Assembly: GCA_030324005.1 (NCBI GenBank)
Contig: JARDVH010000163.1
Location: forward strand, 94,163,061 to 94,227,060
Direction of reading: 5' to 3'
DNA: 64,000 nucleotides
Origin: Negaprion brevirostris
Lineage: Eukaryota
The notes below the pieces were generated by a model. It saw only the letters and a program-made list of their open reading frames with translations. It did not search any database and was not told the origin of the DNA. Position numbers and translations under genes: made by a program. Of the stretch, positions 62,830-64,000 are shown in pieces; position 1 is the first letter of the stretch; each line of letters begins with the position of its first letter.

Positions 62830-63490
62830 TCAGTGAGTGGGTGAAGGCTAGGTGGGGGATGTGAAATCAAGCTGGAAAGGGTCCTGTGAGGATTGGTGGT
62901 CAGGTAGGGGGGTGTGGTTTAGGTTGTCACATTGATGGGTGGGTAGTCAGGAGAGGATTGGCAGGGAAGAGTGGGCATTTGGGTTATGAGCAGTCATGTG
63001 GACAGTTAGGTCGGGAGCATATGGGCATTTGGGTGAGGTGGTGAGTGGGCAGTTGCAGCAGGGGGCAGGTGGGCAGTCAGGTTAGGAGGTGTGTGGGAAG
63101 TTGGCTTCCAGCATACGGACAGTCAGGTCATTATGTGAGTGGAAGATACAGGTGTATGGGCAGTCAGGTCAGAGGAGGGTGAGAAGACTGGTCAGTAGCT
63201 GTGCTGGTAGTTGAGTTGGCAGAGGATGGGAAGTCACGTTGGAGGGTTGGACAATTGGAAGGGAAATTGTATCATTTGAGCAGTCAGGCCAGAAAGATAT
63301 GGCCAGTCTTTTGTGGGGGTGTGTGTTTAGTTCAGTGGGCTGGGCTGTCAGGTTCTTGGGGATGCAATTGGGTGAGTAGCCAGTTCAGGGAGGCTCCTGA
63401 TAGTGGGAGGGAAGAACTGTGGGGGGGTGGGTCAGGAGANNNNNNNNNNTTCAGGGAGGTGATTGGGTATATGGGAGGTGCTGGGTTGAA
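62830..63490 (+). repeat. G-rich low-complexity block with recurring ggg(c/t)agtcagg units
   Basis: Strong G skew; repeated gtcagg and gggcagt words. Confidence 0.6.
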
Positions 63491-64000
63491 CTATGCTGTT
63501 AATCATTGAGCTCCAGCAGAGATTAAGAAGTGTAACTATCTTAGGGTAAGTATATGGGTAAGTAGTGCATACCTAACCCAAGTCTCCAAAAGTGTGATTA
63601 ATTGAGGGAAATTTGCAGCGTAATTAAACCCTTCAATGCTTAAACTTACCAGGCTATTAGAGCACTTAAGTGTATGTCAGGACCTCTGATGGATTGTAAA
63701 TCAGACTCTTTAACATTTGCAAACGCTGGCATTAGAAGATCTGGCCCATCATTACATACAGTTTGTATATGTGGAAAAAGCTTTCATTTGTGTCTTTCTG
63801 TAAGCTTAATACTCATTTGCAGAGCTGCACGTGCCTACAGTCAAGAAAAAGGGTATTTTAGGTGAAATATTTCACAAGTAGTATAGCTTTTGTATTGCAA
63901 ATTCAAAATGGAGCAAAATCAGTTAAAGACAACGATCAGGAAGATTACATGAAGTAACTTGGTAACTGTTTGTTGTTCTAATATGTTAAATTAATGTCAT

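Overview
Eukaryotic genomic DNA covering the middle of a vertebrate FOXP1 gene on the + strand. The repeat families (HE1/V-type tRNA SINEs, Deu-domain SINEs, CR1 and L2 LINEs) point to a cartilaginous fish, probably a shark; this is an inference. Eight GT-AG coding exons (6642-6798, 8780-8975, 31082-31186, 39355-39442, 50839-50922, 61002-61203, 61399-61475, 62014-62115) splice in frame to 1011 nt (337 aa), roughly human exons 10-17. They encode the end of the Q-rich region, the C2H2 zinc finger, the leucine zipper, the PLNLV CtBP motif and the first part of the forkhead domain. The start and stop codons and the exon 18/18b pair lie outside the window. The introns hold many decayed retroelements, Harbinger-like remnants and MITEs, AT-rich repeat-free blocks that resemble conserved non-coding elements, and N gaps. 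Almost all ORF-track entries are spurious or transposon-derived. The best leads are: Penelope-type hairpin insertions with target-site duplications carrying minimal hammerhead ribozymes (intact antisense, core-mutated sense); a 28-bp piece of nearby intron captured inside one of them; a candidate 17-nt frameshifting microexon inside the zinc finger; a pre-miRNA-sized hairpin; a ~180-bp intronic inverted repeat; and a Ser>Pro change in the RRRYSDK motif. All family assignments come from motif recognition and recall, not database searches.
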